Origin: Lepidodermella squamata
Taxonomy: Eukaryota; Animalia; Gastrotricha
Direction: 5' to 3'
NCBI GenBank assembly: GCA_047495785.1
Contig: JBLDXI010000024.1
Span: forward strand, 310,001 to 374,000
DNA: 64,000 nt
In this document: positions 30,246 through 43,500 of the stretch, piece by piece
How positions within the stretch are numbered: the first letter of the stretch is position 1
Layout of the letters: the number at the start of each line of letters is the position of its first letter
Notes under the pieces: model-generated
What the model was told of the DNA's origin: nothing
What the model saw: the letters and a program-made list of their open reading frames with translations, nothing else
Databases searched by the model: none
Program-made: the position numbers and the translations under genes

Positions 30246-31606
30246 ATGGGTCCGTCGGCGATGGCGATTTTCAACTGTTTCAAGCTGGCCACGTGGCAAG
30301 CTACTGACAAAAGACTTGTGTTCTTCTTCCTTAATATACCGCTTCTGGTTTGTAAAAAAAACGAGCCAATTAGCTTATTGTTAACCACAAAAACTTTGTA
30401 ATAGGTATTCGGCATTTTCCTAATTGTTCTCGGCTGTGGAAACCTTTTACCGACGGATTTCAACTGGGAATGGCAGGATCATATGGGTCTAATATACCAC
30501 AATAACACGATTGATTGGGTAAAATCAAGTATTTCAAATGAAAGAAATGAGACATTGGTTTCTTTAGCCTGAAATGGTCGGCACACCCCTTCGCGCGCCG
30601 AAAATATTTTTCTTGGTCATTGGCAGCTTGTTCATCGTTCTAACTGGTCTAATTTCACTCACTGCATTTGCCTGCCATAGCCACAGCCGAATTAACAGTT
30701 GCTTCTACATTTGGGTAAGACAATTAGACTTCGCTATATCCAGCTAATCAATGAAGTTTCCTTATCTCCAAGTATTCAGTTCTTCTTTCAATTGTTTTCG
30801 TTTCGAACATGGCTTTTGTATTTGCCGTAGCAGCTTTATTGAGAAAGGTAAGGACTGATACCCGATTGTTCATTACTTTGATTTTTATCCGATATTTAGG
30901 GCGTTGGTTTAATGGAAAGGACAGTAGCGAAAGGATATATTAAGGGAGAAACTTATGACTACGTTGTCAATCTAGCTTGGGACTCAGCCCAGCTATTCCT
31001 TCAATGCTGTGGCTACCACAGTGGCGCCGATTATTTGAGAAACAAGTCGTTCAGCAATGCGAACGCCACCTTCTTTCTAGAAACCACGGTGAGTAGCTAC
31101 CGGTGTTGTTATACTAACCACTGAATCATGTTCGCGTATTTTTATCGCACATCAGGGTCGAGCTGTCATCCCACCGTCCTGCTGCACTTCCGTGACCTTG
31201 AACTCAGCGCGGCGAGGTGATCCTGATTACGAGGATGCAATATCAGGATGCCTAACAAACACTTCTCCGGAATTCTCGAATTACAATGAAGTAGCTTCCG
31301 AACGTCTTAAAAAATTATTAATATTGCAAGTTATTTTTTCAGGGATGTGCAGACAAGTTGTTACCGCATGCCGTTAAACTGTACGTCCTGGTCATCTTAA
31401 TCGGCGTTTATTTGGTAAAAATCAATAACTCCTGAATGTTGCTTCTTCATTTTATTAAACTCATCTAGATTCCTTTGGTGATTGGGGCTTCGGTTTTGGC
31501 GATGAATAGAAAGAAACTGCTCGAGAAAAAGCTGCATCCAACCGACTTGGGCTATGCGACTTGCGAAAAAGTCCACCATCAACTCCTAACCACTGAAGCA
31601 TCTTGA
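30246..31606 (+). CDS. Tetraspanin B (8 exons, 323 aa), paralog of tetraspanin A
   Basis: Exons 30246-30347, 30405-30518, 30568-30714, 30773-30847, 30900-31088, 31156-31290, 31343-31414, 31469-31606. Motifs LQCCG, IPPSCC and GCADK; four TM segments; intron positions shared with tetraspanin A. Confidence 0.92.
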
Positions 31607-32254
31607 TAAAGAGACTTTTCTATAGTTTTTTCTAATTAATATTATTTAGTATCCTATAATAGTATTATTAATCACTCCCGGTGAAATCAATTAAATAACT
31701 CGGTGCTAAAGCACTGATTTTTGTTGTTTTCCTAAACTGAGTCGGATTTATCAAATATTGTACCAGCGCAATGAAAACTAAACACAGGACATTATTCACG
31801 TGCCTGGTTTCATGTTTCACTACCGGCGGGATGCAGAAAAATGAGCGCCAGCTGAAAACAAAGCCGGGTTGATATTTCAATTTAAACCGTTTAAACAAAA
31901 GAGTCGCGCTGCTCGTTCTTGAGGAGAATTATTTCTCGCCGCGGAATAAACAGCGCAATGAAGTCAACATCCAAGAACAGCGCGTGGAGGCATATAAATT
32001 ACTAATGCACACACAAAATGGTGCAGTGCTGAAGAAATAATGCTACATATGCGGAGCTAATAATAAACGGAAAAATTTGCCCATTCGTAGGGCAGGAATT
32101 TTTGTTATCGCTATATTCCTCTCTCTATAAGGTGTTCTCAGCAGTGATATAGCAATGCTTTGTCACTGATAACGCCCATTCACGCTACTCAGTCGCCTAC
32201 TCATTGCAGGCATTATTTGCAATTATTTTCAACGCTGCGACACCTTGCTGAACT

Positions 32255-33199
32255 ATGAAGTTTTTAATAATTTTGACCTTCGTCTTATCATGCCGGGCTT
32301 TCGAAACAACGACAGTGCCGAAGGAAGAAGTTGTGGATGATTTTATGAGATCAGCAAATTTCACGGTCTCCGCAACTGGGTTTCGATGCCCGACCAACAG
32401 TATGGTGATCCTTCCGGACAGTTTGGTCTGCGATGGCGTGGAGAATTGCCCGGATGGTGCTGATGAAGAAGAAAGCACTTGCCTCACTTTTGACACTTGC
32501 CCGCCAACTCACGTGAAATGCCGTAACGAGTCGAGCTGCATAGGCCATGAAAATTTATGCGATGGTATTTCATTACAAATTTCAATTTAGTCTTACCTTA
32601 CAACCTTGTAACAGGCAATAAGGACTGCCGAAATGGTTGGGATGAAAGCGAGGCTGCAGGCTGTATTAGCAGACATGTGATTAAGCACAACGATACCAAC
32701 TTTTGTCCAGAGGGATTCTCCTCCTGCGACTCGATCATAGACCGCTGCATTCCCGATTCAGCCATTTGCGACTTCAAGAAGTGAGTTCCTATCAGCCTAA
32801 ATCTTCCATGCAGGTTATAAACAATTTTTCAGGGACTGCGAAGGAGGTGAGGATGAAGCCAAGTGCCCAAATGGGAGAAAGTGCCCGAAGGGGACATTCC
32901 GTTGCTATAGAACGGGCGAGGAAGAGACAAAATACTATTTCCACTGTATAGAGAAAGAGTTTGTTTGTAACAAGATTCCCAACTGCCCGAGTAAGGAGGA
33001 TGAAACTGATGAAGCATGCCAGGCGTTGACAGACGGCGGCTTCGACAATCGGATAGGACACAGCGAAAACGACGGCCATCATCATCATGCCAACATGCCG
33101 AAAGCCGAAACTCAGAGCAAGGCAAACTCGGCTATCAACTCCTACTCAGTTGCTATAGGAACAGTTTTTCTGTTGTTTGGAATCATTTTAATAGCCTAA
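32255..33199 (+). CDS. Cell-surface LDL-receptor class A repeat protein (4 LDLa modules, His-rich stalk, C-terminal GPI-type hydrophobic tail)
   Basis: Signal peptide MKFLIILTFVLSCRA; modules ending CDGVENCPDGADE, CDGNKDCRNGWDE, CDFKKDCEGGEDE and CNKIPNCPSKEDE; two short introns; ends ...DGHHHH...NSAINSYSVAIGTVFLLFGIILIA*. Confidence 0.88.
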
Positions 33200-33343
33200 T
33201 TTTCTCGTACATAAGTAACTCCAATAATGCTCAACAGGGATGGATACCTGTCGGTTTATCACATTTGATAGCATTAAAAATCGAATTTGTTGAAGCTGCG
33301 TCTGAAATAACTATGTTTTGTACGATATGTGCAATAAATATGT

Positions 33344-34853
33344 CTATGAATTCTCTTCCTCCTCGATTTTATCTTCTGGAGCTTTCTTGGGTTTATCACA
33401 GCAAGAAGAAAATGATAGAAGTTCCAATTGACGTCGGACGGATTTCATTCTATGGACGTAATGGTCAGGATCAATCCTATACAATAAACAAATAACTTAC
33501 CTCCAAGTGTAAAGAATTGGCTCAAACAGCAGATAAAGTATCCGAATACTGTTGAGCAAATCTCGATACCACATACCGCTGTTAGAAGGACCAGGCTTCT
33601 TCGACACTTCGAAAACCGAAATTGGCAGGGTTAGCATGGTCAGTGATGCGTGCAACAGAACAGTTGTTGTTATCAGCTTGCGGACAGAAAGTAGCCCAAC
33701 TGACTGCATCTATGGAATCAGATAATAAATTGTAAAAAATTTAACTTATAAACTAACTGTCTTAAGAATGTGGGCGTATAAAGGTATAAAAAGTAAGGTC
33801 AGAGCTGAAATTAAGACAACTGTGACCAGCTCAAGCCACTTGGCGCTATATTCAGCACAGAAGCGAGGCCAGAAAGAATTTTCTGCTATTGCATATTGAC
33901 GAAATTCGTCATTAGCTGCCCATAGGAATAGGTCATCGTCGCCGTTTTTCAGGTCCCTGTTGAGTATAAGACAGTTCGAGGACTGATTTCATAATCTGTC
34001 GCTTGAGACTCACATTTGCAAGAATTGTTCGATATCTGAAAGGCTATCCTTCTTGGCGGTTCCTACTGAACCGCTGAAGTTGAAAATTAACAGACTACCA
34101 ACGCCGTGAAAGAGACAAGTTAACAGCAACAATATCCAAGCAATCATAAGAGTGAGTCGTATTCTTCGAGGGTTTCCAAAGAGGGTGTGGTAACGTGAAG
34201 GCCAGACTATTCCGAAATAGTGGTCCAAAGTCATTCCAAGCAGCGACAACAGAATTAACAGCAGTCCAGCAAATCTACAGCATTATTTACTTTAGGGTGA
34301 GTAAAATTGAAGTCGTTTAATTTTACCTGAGATCTTGCAAAATACCCTCTATGCAAAGCTGAAGTGATGAATTTTCCACAGCTCGAGCGGCTATTTGAGC
34401 TGTGTAGCCTATAATTGATGCTGCACTTATGAAGACATTGGAGATGCTTTATGAAACAACCAAAATCCCTGAATTTCCAAAGGATCGTAGATTATAAATC
34501 GCCTACCTTATATTTAAAAGAAATATTTTGTATCCCTTGAGCGATGTCCTTATCCTATTAACAGTAAGAATCAAGGCAATGTTGCACAAGAAAGCAACTA
34601 TCAATATCAAGGTGTCGACAGAAATAACCCAAAGACTCGTTGAATCTTCAATTATAGACGTGACATGGTCATTTCTGGACTTGAGTGCTGCCTGTAGCCT
34701 TTCGTGTCTCCTCAACGCTCCCTCAATGCTTGCAAGATAGCTGGTTTGGTCTAACTTGAACGATGACGCCGAAGACCCAGAGAACAACAACTCATCCGAT
34801 CGTATTTCGGCGACTTCTGTTGCCACTTTGATAATGCACGGTGGTTCGGACAT
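33344..34853 (-). CDS. Orphan rhodopsin-like (class A) GPCR, 6 exons
   Basis: Seven hydrophobic segments after splicing: TM1 LCN, TM2 LLNISISN, TM3 MTLDHYFGIVWP, TM4 IAW, TM5 PLY, TM6 LTLP, TM7 FEPILYTW; helix 8 RMKSVR; C-terminal CC. Confidence 0.85.
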
Positions 34854-35260
34854 AATTGTTCAAGCTTGTGTTATTATAGGAATAAAAATGCCTAACTTTT
34901 CAGGACTTTCCTGGAATAGCAACCTCAAGAACCTGAGGCAATATAATTCCTAGTGCTTGTCAAGTGATTTTCCTATACTACATGCCGTTTTACCATGCCG
35001 TACCGATAGCCTCAAAACACAAAACAAAAATAAAAAATCGATGCCATAATTGGTATTATTAGGTCTGCATTTTGATTTCCTGAATGTACATGTGTATGAC
35101 ATTACATAGCAACGTTCTTGATTTTCCGTGCGCGGCTGCTGAGTATTTTTAGACGGTCACCATGTAGCCAGATCCAAGAGGAAAACATAAGGTTAAGGTG
35201 GGTTTACTATTGGTGACAGATTTTGCCTCAATGCAAACACAGGTGACATTTCAAATAAAA

Positions 35261-35269
35261 AAGATGGCG
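35261..35269 (+). promoter_or_regulatory. YY1-like AAGATGGCG element in the divergent GPCR / tail-anchored gene promoter
   Basis: Exact AAGATGGCG about 70 nt upstream of ATG 35330; its own ATG is also in frame with the downstream ORF. Confidence 0.3.
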
Positions 35270-35329
35270 CCCTCTGAAGGATATCAGACTAAAATAGGCT
35301 TGATTTACCCGATTTTTCTCTGCTTAACA

Positions 35330-35874
35330 ATGAACTCATTTGAGGATGATCAACTCAGGCTTGAAGAAACGGACTACGACGTTTTTGAGTCGACTGACGA
35401 TAAGGAGAATGGAGGCGATTATCGAGAAAGTTCCGATTTCCACAATACGGCTGCTGTAATTAGCGATGAATTCACGGATGACGATGACTTGGATGATGGC
35501 CAACTGGACGCCTGTAAAGAATGGCAGCGATACCAGGAAAGTTTAGCCGAGTTGAAGCGAATGGCAGATGAGGTGAAAATGCTGGTTCAAGAAACTCGAC
35601 AGCATTCGCACCTGGTGAAACGCGTTCTTACCAGGGGTAACAAATCGACTGCATCACCGAGGCGGACCCAAGTTACAGAGCTGGAGGCTCCTAATAGCGC
35701 TGTGAAAACGCCGAGAGCAAGGTTATATAATATTGAATTATACAGGTCATCCTTTTTCAAGGTGATATTTTTAGATCGAGACGAAACGGCGATAATGACC
35801 TGATTTCGGCCATTTTCTTTGTCCGGTTTTTCATTCTGCTTGTGGTAATTTTACTATTTTCCACTTTAATTTAA
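35330..35874 (+). CDS. Small tail-anchored protein of unknown family: acidic N-terminus, coiled coil, basic patch, C-terminal TM
   Basis: Exons 35330-35721 and 35775-35874 (53-nt GT-AG intron) give the ending ...PRARSRRNGDNDLISAIFFVRFFILLVVILLFSTLI*; heptad-like YQESLAELKRMADEVKMLVQE. Confidence 0.7.
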
Positions 35875-36607
35875 TCTAATGACTGTAATTATAGATAATC
35901 ACGGTGATTGTTACCTACCAGATTCAGCATTAATTTCGATTTTTGACCAAAGTGTATTCATCGATTGCGTAAAAATAAATCGCGCATTTCCGTGTCTGAG
36001 AGTTTTTTTTACGAGTTATTAAATTGAAGTTACCCGAGGTGTGGGGTAAAAAAAATTGAAGGCGTGAACCTTCAAAAGCATAACCACTTGTAATCTTATA
36101 CACTTGCCTTCGAAGCAATTAACTTAGTTGCTTAGCATTAGCGCCTATTTTACTATAACGGAGAAAGCCATTGTAATATGTTTTATTCACCGTAAAACAC
36201 ACCAATTATTCATTACTAAGAATTGATGAAGTAGTGGCTGGCTGAATTTAATGCTGTTTTTCAACAAACGCGGATGTTTTAAGTATTATAATTGTTTGGT
36301 GGCGCTTTATAATTAGTTCAGATGGATATCTACCTTCAACAGACTACGGTGATATTGCTAAATTGCTAATAAAAAAATTGTCGAGGTTTCCTTGCTCAAT
36401 TCGTCATGCTCCCCAAGGAGTCATGTAATCTTTAACGAAGATGAATTACATTTGATTTGCGTCAGCGTTTTTGATTAATTACCTATGCGCTATCCGCCAA
36501 CGTGTCCTAATATACGTGATATTTTGTAGATTATTGTTCCTAAAAAAGACATCAATTTCTCAAGCAATTTTCCGCTAGATACAAGCACAGATGCATCTGC
36601 GGTAAAG

Positions 36608-37717
36608 ATGCCCATGAAATTCCTTCTGGCGATAATTATATGTTTAAACCTGGTGAACCATGTCTTTCCTGATAACACCGCAACTCAGCCAAGCCGGCGG
36701 ATATCAACATCTAGTCCTGTTGCCGATAAAGCTACGAAAGCGGTGAGAAATGCGTCGACAACTTCGACCCCCAGGCCATCAACTACGAGAACAACTCCTC
36801 GCCGCTCGACTACGACGAGTCCAATGCCTCCAAGATGTGGGGTTGGGAGTGTTCCATTCGCGCCCCTACTTCGACTACCAACCATGGCTAAAGTGCGCGA
36901 GTTCCCATGGCAAGTTTTGATCGAATCTACTCATAAAGAATACGACTCGGTTCAAAGTTGTGCTGGGACAATCATTTCGCCAGAGTGGGTGCTAACATCA
37001 GCAAGCTGCTTTCAATCAGGTCCTGAACAGTAAGTTCCTTACATAACACTTCAATATCGCTATTTTCTATCTCTTTTATCAAGATTCGAAAGTATCGTGA
37101 TTTCAAATATTTGGAACATAACAACAAGATATGGATCAGTTGTTAGAAAGGCGAAAGCAGTTATAACCCATCCTTATTACGACCCGTCTCAGTCGTCCTT
37201 TGACGTTGCACTCATTCTTGTCGATCAACCCTGGCGTTATGATGACGAAAATCAGTACGGAACGCCGGCTTGCTTACCCGAGCAGTGCTTCGAGTCATTC
37301 GCAGATACAAACACTTTGGGTCAAAATAATTGTGTCACGGTTGGTTGGCAGTCGCTGCTGACTGGCGAGTTCAGAGGTCCTCTGATGAAAAGCAACGTAA
37401 AAACGCCTGCGAGTCAAACTTGCAAAACGAAGCTGGACAAACTGAGCGCCTTTCCCTACTCGGAAGATAAGATTTGTGTTACCGATTTATACGGAGGCGG
37501 ACCTAGTTGCCAGGTTGATGTTGGTGGTGGGCTACTTTGTAAGAATCCATCCAATGGAAACTATGTCCTCGGTGGTATCGCTTCCTTTGTTCAAGACCCG
37601 GAAGGCAGCTGTTTACAGAAAGTAACAGCTCCTTATGTTGTTTACACCAAGGTCTGCATTGTTCGAGGCTGGATCGACAGTGTCATTGCCAACCCAAGCT
37701 CCAGCTCCAGCTCATGA
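36608..37717 (+). CDS. Secreted serine protease homolog (pseudoprotease) with Ser/Thr-rich N-terminal stalk
   Basis: Signal peptide; 54-nt intron 37030-37083; FPWQV, CAGTII, TSASC (His lost), FDVAL (Asp kept), VDVGGGL (Ser>Val); no IVGG activation motif; AATAAA at about 37835. Confidence 0.9.
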
Positions 37718-40530
37718 CTTTGAGTCTAGGAATAATCACAGATCGTACCAGCCTGTCGCTTTCAAAAAGCAATCCTGAACCAAGCATTTGCTTTTCCGAT
37801 ATTATATTTGAACCTTGTGGCCATTGATTTCTTAAATAAAATTTAACTTTAAACTTTTTTGATTCTTAAACACATTTTTAATATCAAGCCACCTTAAAGA
37901 TGGGTAAGGTAATTGTGTTATTTTTGCAGCGGTTGTTCATTTTATCATCGTCTTGTGGGGTACAAATCCTGGCTCCTATAACTCATCCTGAACTCTTGCG
38001 TAGAACAATTTTCATCGACAAATAATTACACGCTCTGCGGCATGTTTATTGAGCGCAAAACTGTCGAAGAATAATATTATCATAAGGACTGTGATTTCCT
38101 AATCCTTGCCTTCTGCGACTTTTGCGGGAGGGTATCATTATCAGCCGTCGACAATTGCCACTGTCCGCAAGTTAACAAATGCAGAATAAAATAATATACG
38201 GTCGTAAAACGTGTTGTTATACACATCAGCATATACTATAGCAAGAAATGTAAGACGTGTGCTTCATGTGTCATGCTGCTGAGGCTATGATTGGCGATCG
38301 GCGCGCATGGTGTAACAGCGAATATACATACATACCCGGCATTATCGTTGACTGTCTCAATTCATTGGCGAGGATGACATATGGTGTCAATAAAAGCGAT
38401 GCAACATGTGTCCACAGCGCCGTCGATTGCTGCTATAAAACTATAAGGTGCTATTTTAAGCTGGTGCGTTGTATATCTAACTAAATATCTAATAACACGC
38501 GCATGGAGAGGATGATCGAAACGATGACCTTCTTCGATACAAGGCCGCGTATAATAATAGCCATGGCAGCAGACACGAACTTGTAATGAAATAAATAAAT
38601 GCTGGCGATATTATTCTGTGCGAGATGTGTTCGCGTGTTGACAGCAACAGCAGCAGTCGAAAAATCTCCCTCAGGGCCACAAGACTCTGGTGATACAACA
38701 GCTTCTGAGGTCTGATCCGCCGGGCGCATACGATCGAGCGACCTGTAGTAGACACGCCACGTATATAAATTATCAATTAAACTGTTATTCCCAATAGAGG
38801 CCGGCGCGGCAATATTTGCCGATCACAAAAAAATCTCAATCATATTATTATCGTTCCATGTACTGAAAAACTCGCGAGTATTTTGTTTACGAGGAATTTT
38901 TGAAAATCGAATTACCTACCGAACATTGTTTGTTTGTTTAGAGATTTTTTGGCGAGGAAACTCGGCGCGCGGCATCGCCTTATTCTCGTGTAATTAAATT
39001 CGCGACAAGTCGCCCGCACGCGCGCACCATTTCGCGCGCAGACACGCCGCATTACAACGCATAATTAGTCTTCCATCGGCGTAAAAATTGAATTAAGGGT
39101 CAGCTGAGCTGCGGCGAAACTTTGGAAGATATTTTTACGCGATTACTATGCGCGCGGCGTCTTCGCCGTCTTTTTCGCATATGCCGGCGCCGCCCGGTGG
39201 CAAAAATGCCTGCTGTCATCATCATTGCTTCGTTCGACTATCTTATTATAATCATCCGCGATATGAACATCGTCGACGCACCCGGCTTATCGCTGGCCGT
39301 CCCAATTGGTCGACGGCTATGTGGCGCCACGGGCGCCGGGATGGCTCTTAGCGTGGAATTAGCGCGCTCGCATATGCCGCTAATCGACTGCATTTAGTGT
39401 CACCCCGGCTAATCGAATCGTCCCGGGCGACACGGTGGCTTTTTGGCGTCGCCGACGCTGGCGCTTTACGTGCGCAAGGCAATAACACTTTGCCGTTGAC
39501 CGTTTACGCCAGGCGTAATCAGCTCACGACATGCAATCGCCGCGGCACGGGAGCCGTAAAACGGCAACTCCCGACGCCAATTACACATGTTTTATTCATG
39601 ACCAGCTTCATATCTATCACTGGCACTTGGGATGATTTTTTGATCTGGCCTTACTATCATTCATAAATCAACTCGGAAGTTACGTTAAAGGTTGCTAGTC
39701 GTTTGAACTTTCTGCCTCATCCGGTATAACAACTTATTAATTGCTCATGTAAATAGACCAGCCGGAAGTTCGTCTTGATTATAGCTTTTAGTATGAAGTT
39801 TACATAGCATTTATACAGCGCAGTGCCTTTTCTATTTTTCGCCGTCTTGCGACCTCGCAGTATTTGATTAGCGTTGACAAAAATCGAATTTGACATTTTT
39901 TCGATTGTTATTTCGTAATCAGGTGGTTACGCGGCGCACTGGCCGCAAAAAATTCCCGCGATTTTTTGTGAGCGAGAGGCGGCGCATAGTCCTTGGAGGC
40001 GTTCAAGACGCCAGGGAGTTTCGGCCGCTTCTAATACTTATCGTAATGCACCGAAAAATTTCTCATTATAGACCCATTTCTACCTCAACGCCGTCTCTTT
40101 TTATCGACGCCGCTTTGTCATTATTAATTTTTTACATTTTTACACATAGAGATGTTGACTTTTTATCATAATATTATTACACTGCGATCGGGGCGCTTCG
40201 AAAACAACGCTAGAACCTGCGTGTAATAGATGGGTACATATTGCTGCATTATTTTTACTAAACAACAAATAATATTATTTGTTTGAATATTTGAAACTTG
40301 AATTTTTTTCAATGCCCTCAAGTATCGTGTATTGCTATATTGTCACCTCTCGTCTAAGTCATTGATTGCGCATCCGGAGCTAACCAGGAAAAAAAGCCGC
40401 GCAAGTTTTGTTTATTCGCGTTCGATCGAAGCGGGCGCGAATGTGAGCCTAGATTTCTGGCGTATTTAAAATAAATATTCTGTGATGATGCCGACTTCCT
40501 ATGAACATAAGCACAAACAAATTATACAAA

Positions 40531-40547
40531 CGCGCGCGCGCGCGCGC
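40531..40547. repeat. (CG)8 alternating tract (Z-DNA-prone)
   Basis: cgcgcgcgcgcgcgcgc. Confidence 0.8.
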
Positions 40548-43500
40548 ATCGGCAGCAGGTGCGCGTGCATAAATTTCGCATGGCTTTTACTACTTCGACG
40601 GCTGCGCGGCTGCTGAAAAAATCAATGGCCACAAGCGCGCCTTTTCTCTCGCTCGTCGTCATTATCAATCAGCATCGTCGCGAGCGCACATACCTCCCGC
40701 TATGATGTTGCTGCTTAATAACATTTTTGCACAACAAAACAATTTCATCGTCAGCCGCCATCGTCGTCGTCGTCATCATCATCATCTAATAACTACAGTC
40801 AATATTGATGCTCTGAGCTAGTTAGTATACCTATCGGTAAATTGTTTATATATTTTATTTCAAATACCTGTGCGTGTATTACAAGTTTTCAACGACTTCT
40901 CGTGCTAGGTACCTGTTGTTATTATTTATTATTATTGTTTACGCAGTTGTTGATGATATGCTATTTGAAATTAGTGATTGTCGATAAGTTCATTAACGAT
41001 ATTACTTATATTTACGCAATTATATTACTCCCGTTCGTCGCATCAGTGGCACGCGCGTTCTCGGAAGGAAACGCCGGTATAGCTAGTATACCGGCATCTA
41101 CAGTTGATACTTGAATCAAATAAATGAATCGCCTCACGCAATACACGCGCGCTTTCATTATCGCATGGTTTGGCGCGCTTTTTTTAAGAGAGGCAGAGCG
41201 GCGGTCTCACAAACCTGTATCAATTGCTCGATCTCTGACCTTGCGATGGCCGTGAACGGCGGGGATGACAATATAATGTTATTCTTTACTGCGCCGCGTT
41301 CGAAATGCAATTTCCGTTCGTAAAACAAACCTCTGCGCGGTACTTGTTTTTTTATCATTATTTTTCGCATGCACCCGCGCCGATTTCAACGCGCTTCACT
41401 GCGCTGAGATTAAGGCGGCGGTCGGTGCATAAATGGCCTGTATTCTTCAGCCAATCGAATTTTTTAGGCGTCTCGCCTCCAGTCGCCTCCATGATACATG
41501 TTGTATCTTTGACTAATTTGCATTGTGTTAGCGATAGTATTACCAGCGTCTCGTCATCGAACACAAGCAAATATTAGAATAATACTATTATACTGGCGTC
41601 CGTTTTGAAAACAGAAGCCATCCTATTATTACACTATTATTATCAAGATTCGGCCTGTTCAATGTCACTTGTCGATGCATGCGAATAGTCATTGGGTAAA
41701 ATCAGCAGCTGGCGTGCCTCTGCGCACCCGGCTCGTCCCGATACAACGCTGGCTATTCATCGGCTCTACAAAAATCGTCGGCGCCACCAAATTGTTCATT
41801 ATTTTACATTTGTCAACGGCGAAAACAAGTCTTACTTAAATTTCGTTAATTCCAATACTTATTACTCCGCGCTTCTATTTTCTATCAGGCAAACGGGCGG
41901 AATAAATGTAACAAATTATAATATAGCTATTACATCGTTGCTTTTTATACGACATTCGTGATGGCTCTTCTTAAAAATTCAATCTTTTTACATATATAAG
42001 CGACACCACTCGTTTGTGTACAAAGTTATTATCGTCCTATTAGGCCAGCAGTAATAAGGCGCCGGACCCAAGTGCTGTCCACAAGCGGAGACGGCGATTG
42101 TGTCGTCGAATTTTTTCTCCGCTGCTGTTCTTGCGATTGGCACTCGCCCAATAGTAAAAAGTCTTGCGATACGCTGGCAACAAATAAAATAATAGATTTC
42201 TGCGTGTCTTCACCGTGATCGCGGGTGTTTGTTGTGGCGACTCGGCCGACTGCTCCTCGGCCGAATGATCAGTAATATTATATAAAAATAATATTATCAT
42301 TACAATTTAGACTTCTCGATTCCGGCGCATCTTTTTCTGTTGGCGCGCGCGCCCGACAAAATAACAATAATAATAGCCGCGCGCAGTAGTAAAAAGTGCG
42401 CCATGCGTGAAGAGACACACGCGTGCTACCGTAAAACGTATAAAGCACGGCTATTACCATGCGAAAATATGCTGATATAAATCCATTTTGTTTCCGCCCT
42501 TTTTCGGACCTTCGTCGCCGCCGCAATATTTTCTTCGGTCGTGGCGTCGCAAAAACTAGGCGCGCAACATACACATAAAAAGCAGCTACCCGCGGCTCAA
42601 CAAACAAAATTTCGGCCTCTTATCGCCCATCGCGCGGCTCGCTTCGCTGAGCTGTGACAGTCCATCGGCGCCTTCCTATGCACAATATATTATCCCGAGC
42701 CTAATGCATCATTATACTATTATCGACACCGATGGCCTCTTTGTACGCGCGCAAAAAGTGCCAGCGCGCAACCCGATTTCTCGTCGGCTATCACTTCAGC
42801 GTCATTATTTCATTACCTACAACATATTGTCTTTTCTTTTGCATCAACCTCGGTGCGTTCGGTATCTGATGATGATAAACTTATGTCAAAAAACTAGAAT
42901 AGAAATTTATTTCATTTCACATATATTACTAGGTGCCAATCAGTTCAGCTTTTTCTGCGTGCTCCAAAAATAAACCGTCGAATTATCATGTTTAGGTGTA
43001 CGGTTCCGACCTGGCGAAAAATACGCCCCCTCGATTTATCGCCTATATATTTACTATCGGCTCTCGATAATATTATTATGTAATATTGACCGGACTATCT
43101 AGAAATTAATACCGGCTTTCGTACAATAACACGGCTGTAAAAGTGATGGTGGACAAGCGTTTTTCGGCGCCCCTCCATCGAGTAATGACCTCAATATAAT
43201 ATTTTTACAATCGCTTTTTATTATTATTGCGGGGTTAGGTGTAGATCGCTCGCGTGTCTTATACACGCTCGTGCGTATCATTTTTGGAAGCCAACTGCGC
43301 GCCACTCGGCAGGTAATATACGCGTATGGCCAACCGGCCAAATTTGCTCGCCATAAAAACGAGTTGTTATTTTTCAACACAACATTTTTATATTCAACCG
43401 ATAAATACGTGCAAAACGCTGTGCGTACTGCCCAGAGCTCTGTATAATTGCCGCAGGCGCCCTCCGTCGCGCCCAACTCCGTTATAACATATATATATAC

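Noticed and set aside
40264-40283. Perfect 20-bp palindrome AACAAATAATATTATTTGTT
   Set aside because: AT-rich low-complexity context of AAT/TTA repeats; no evidence of function.
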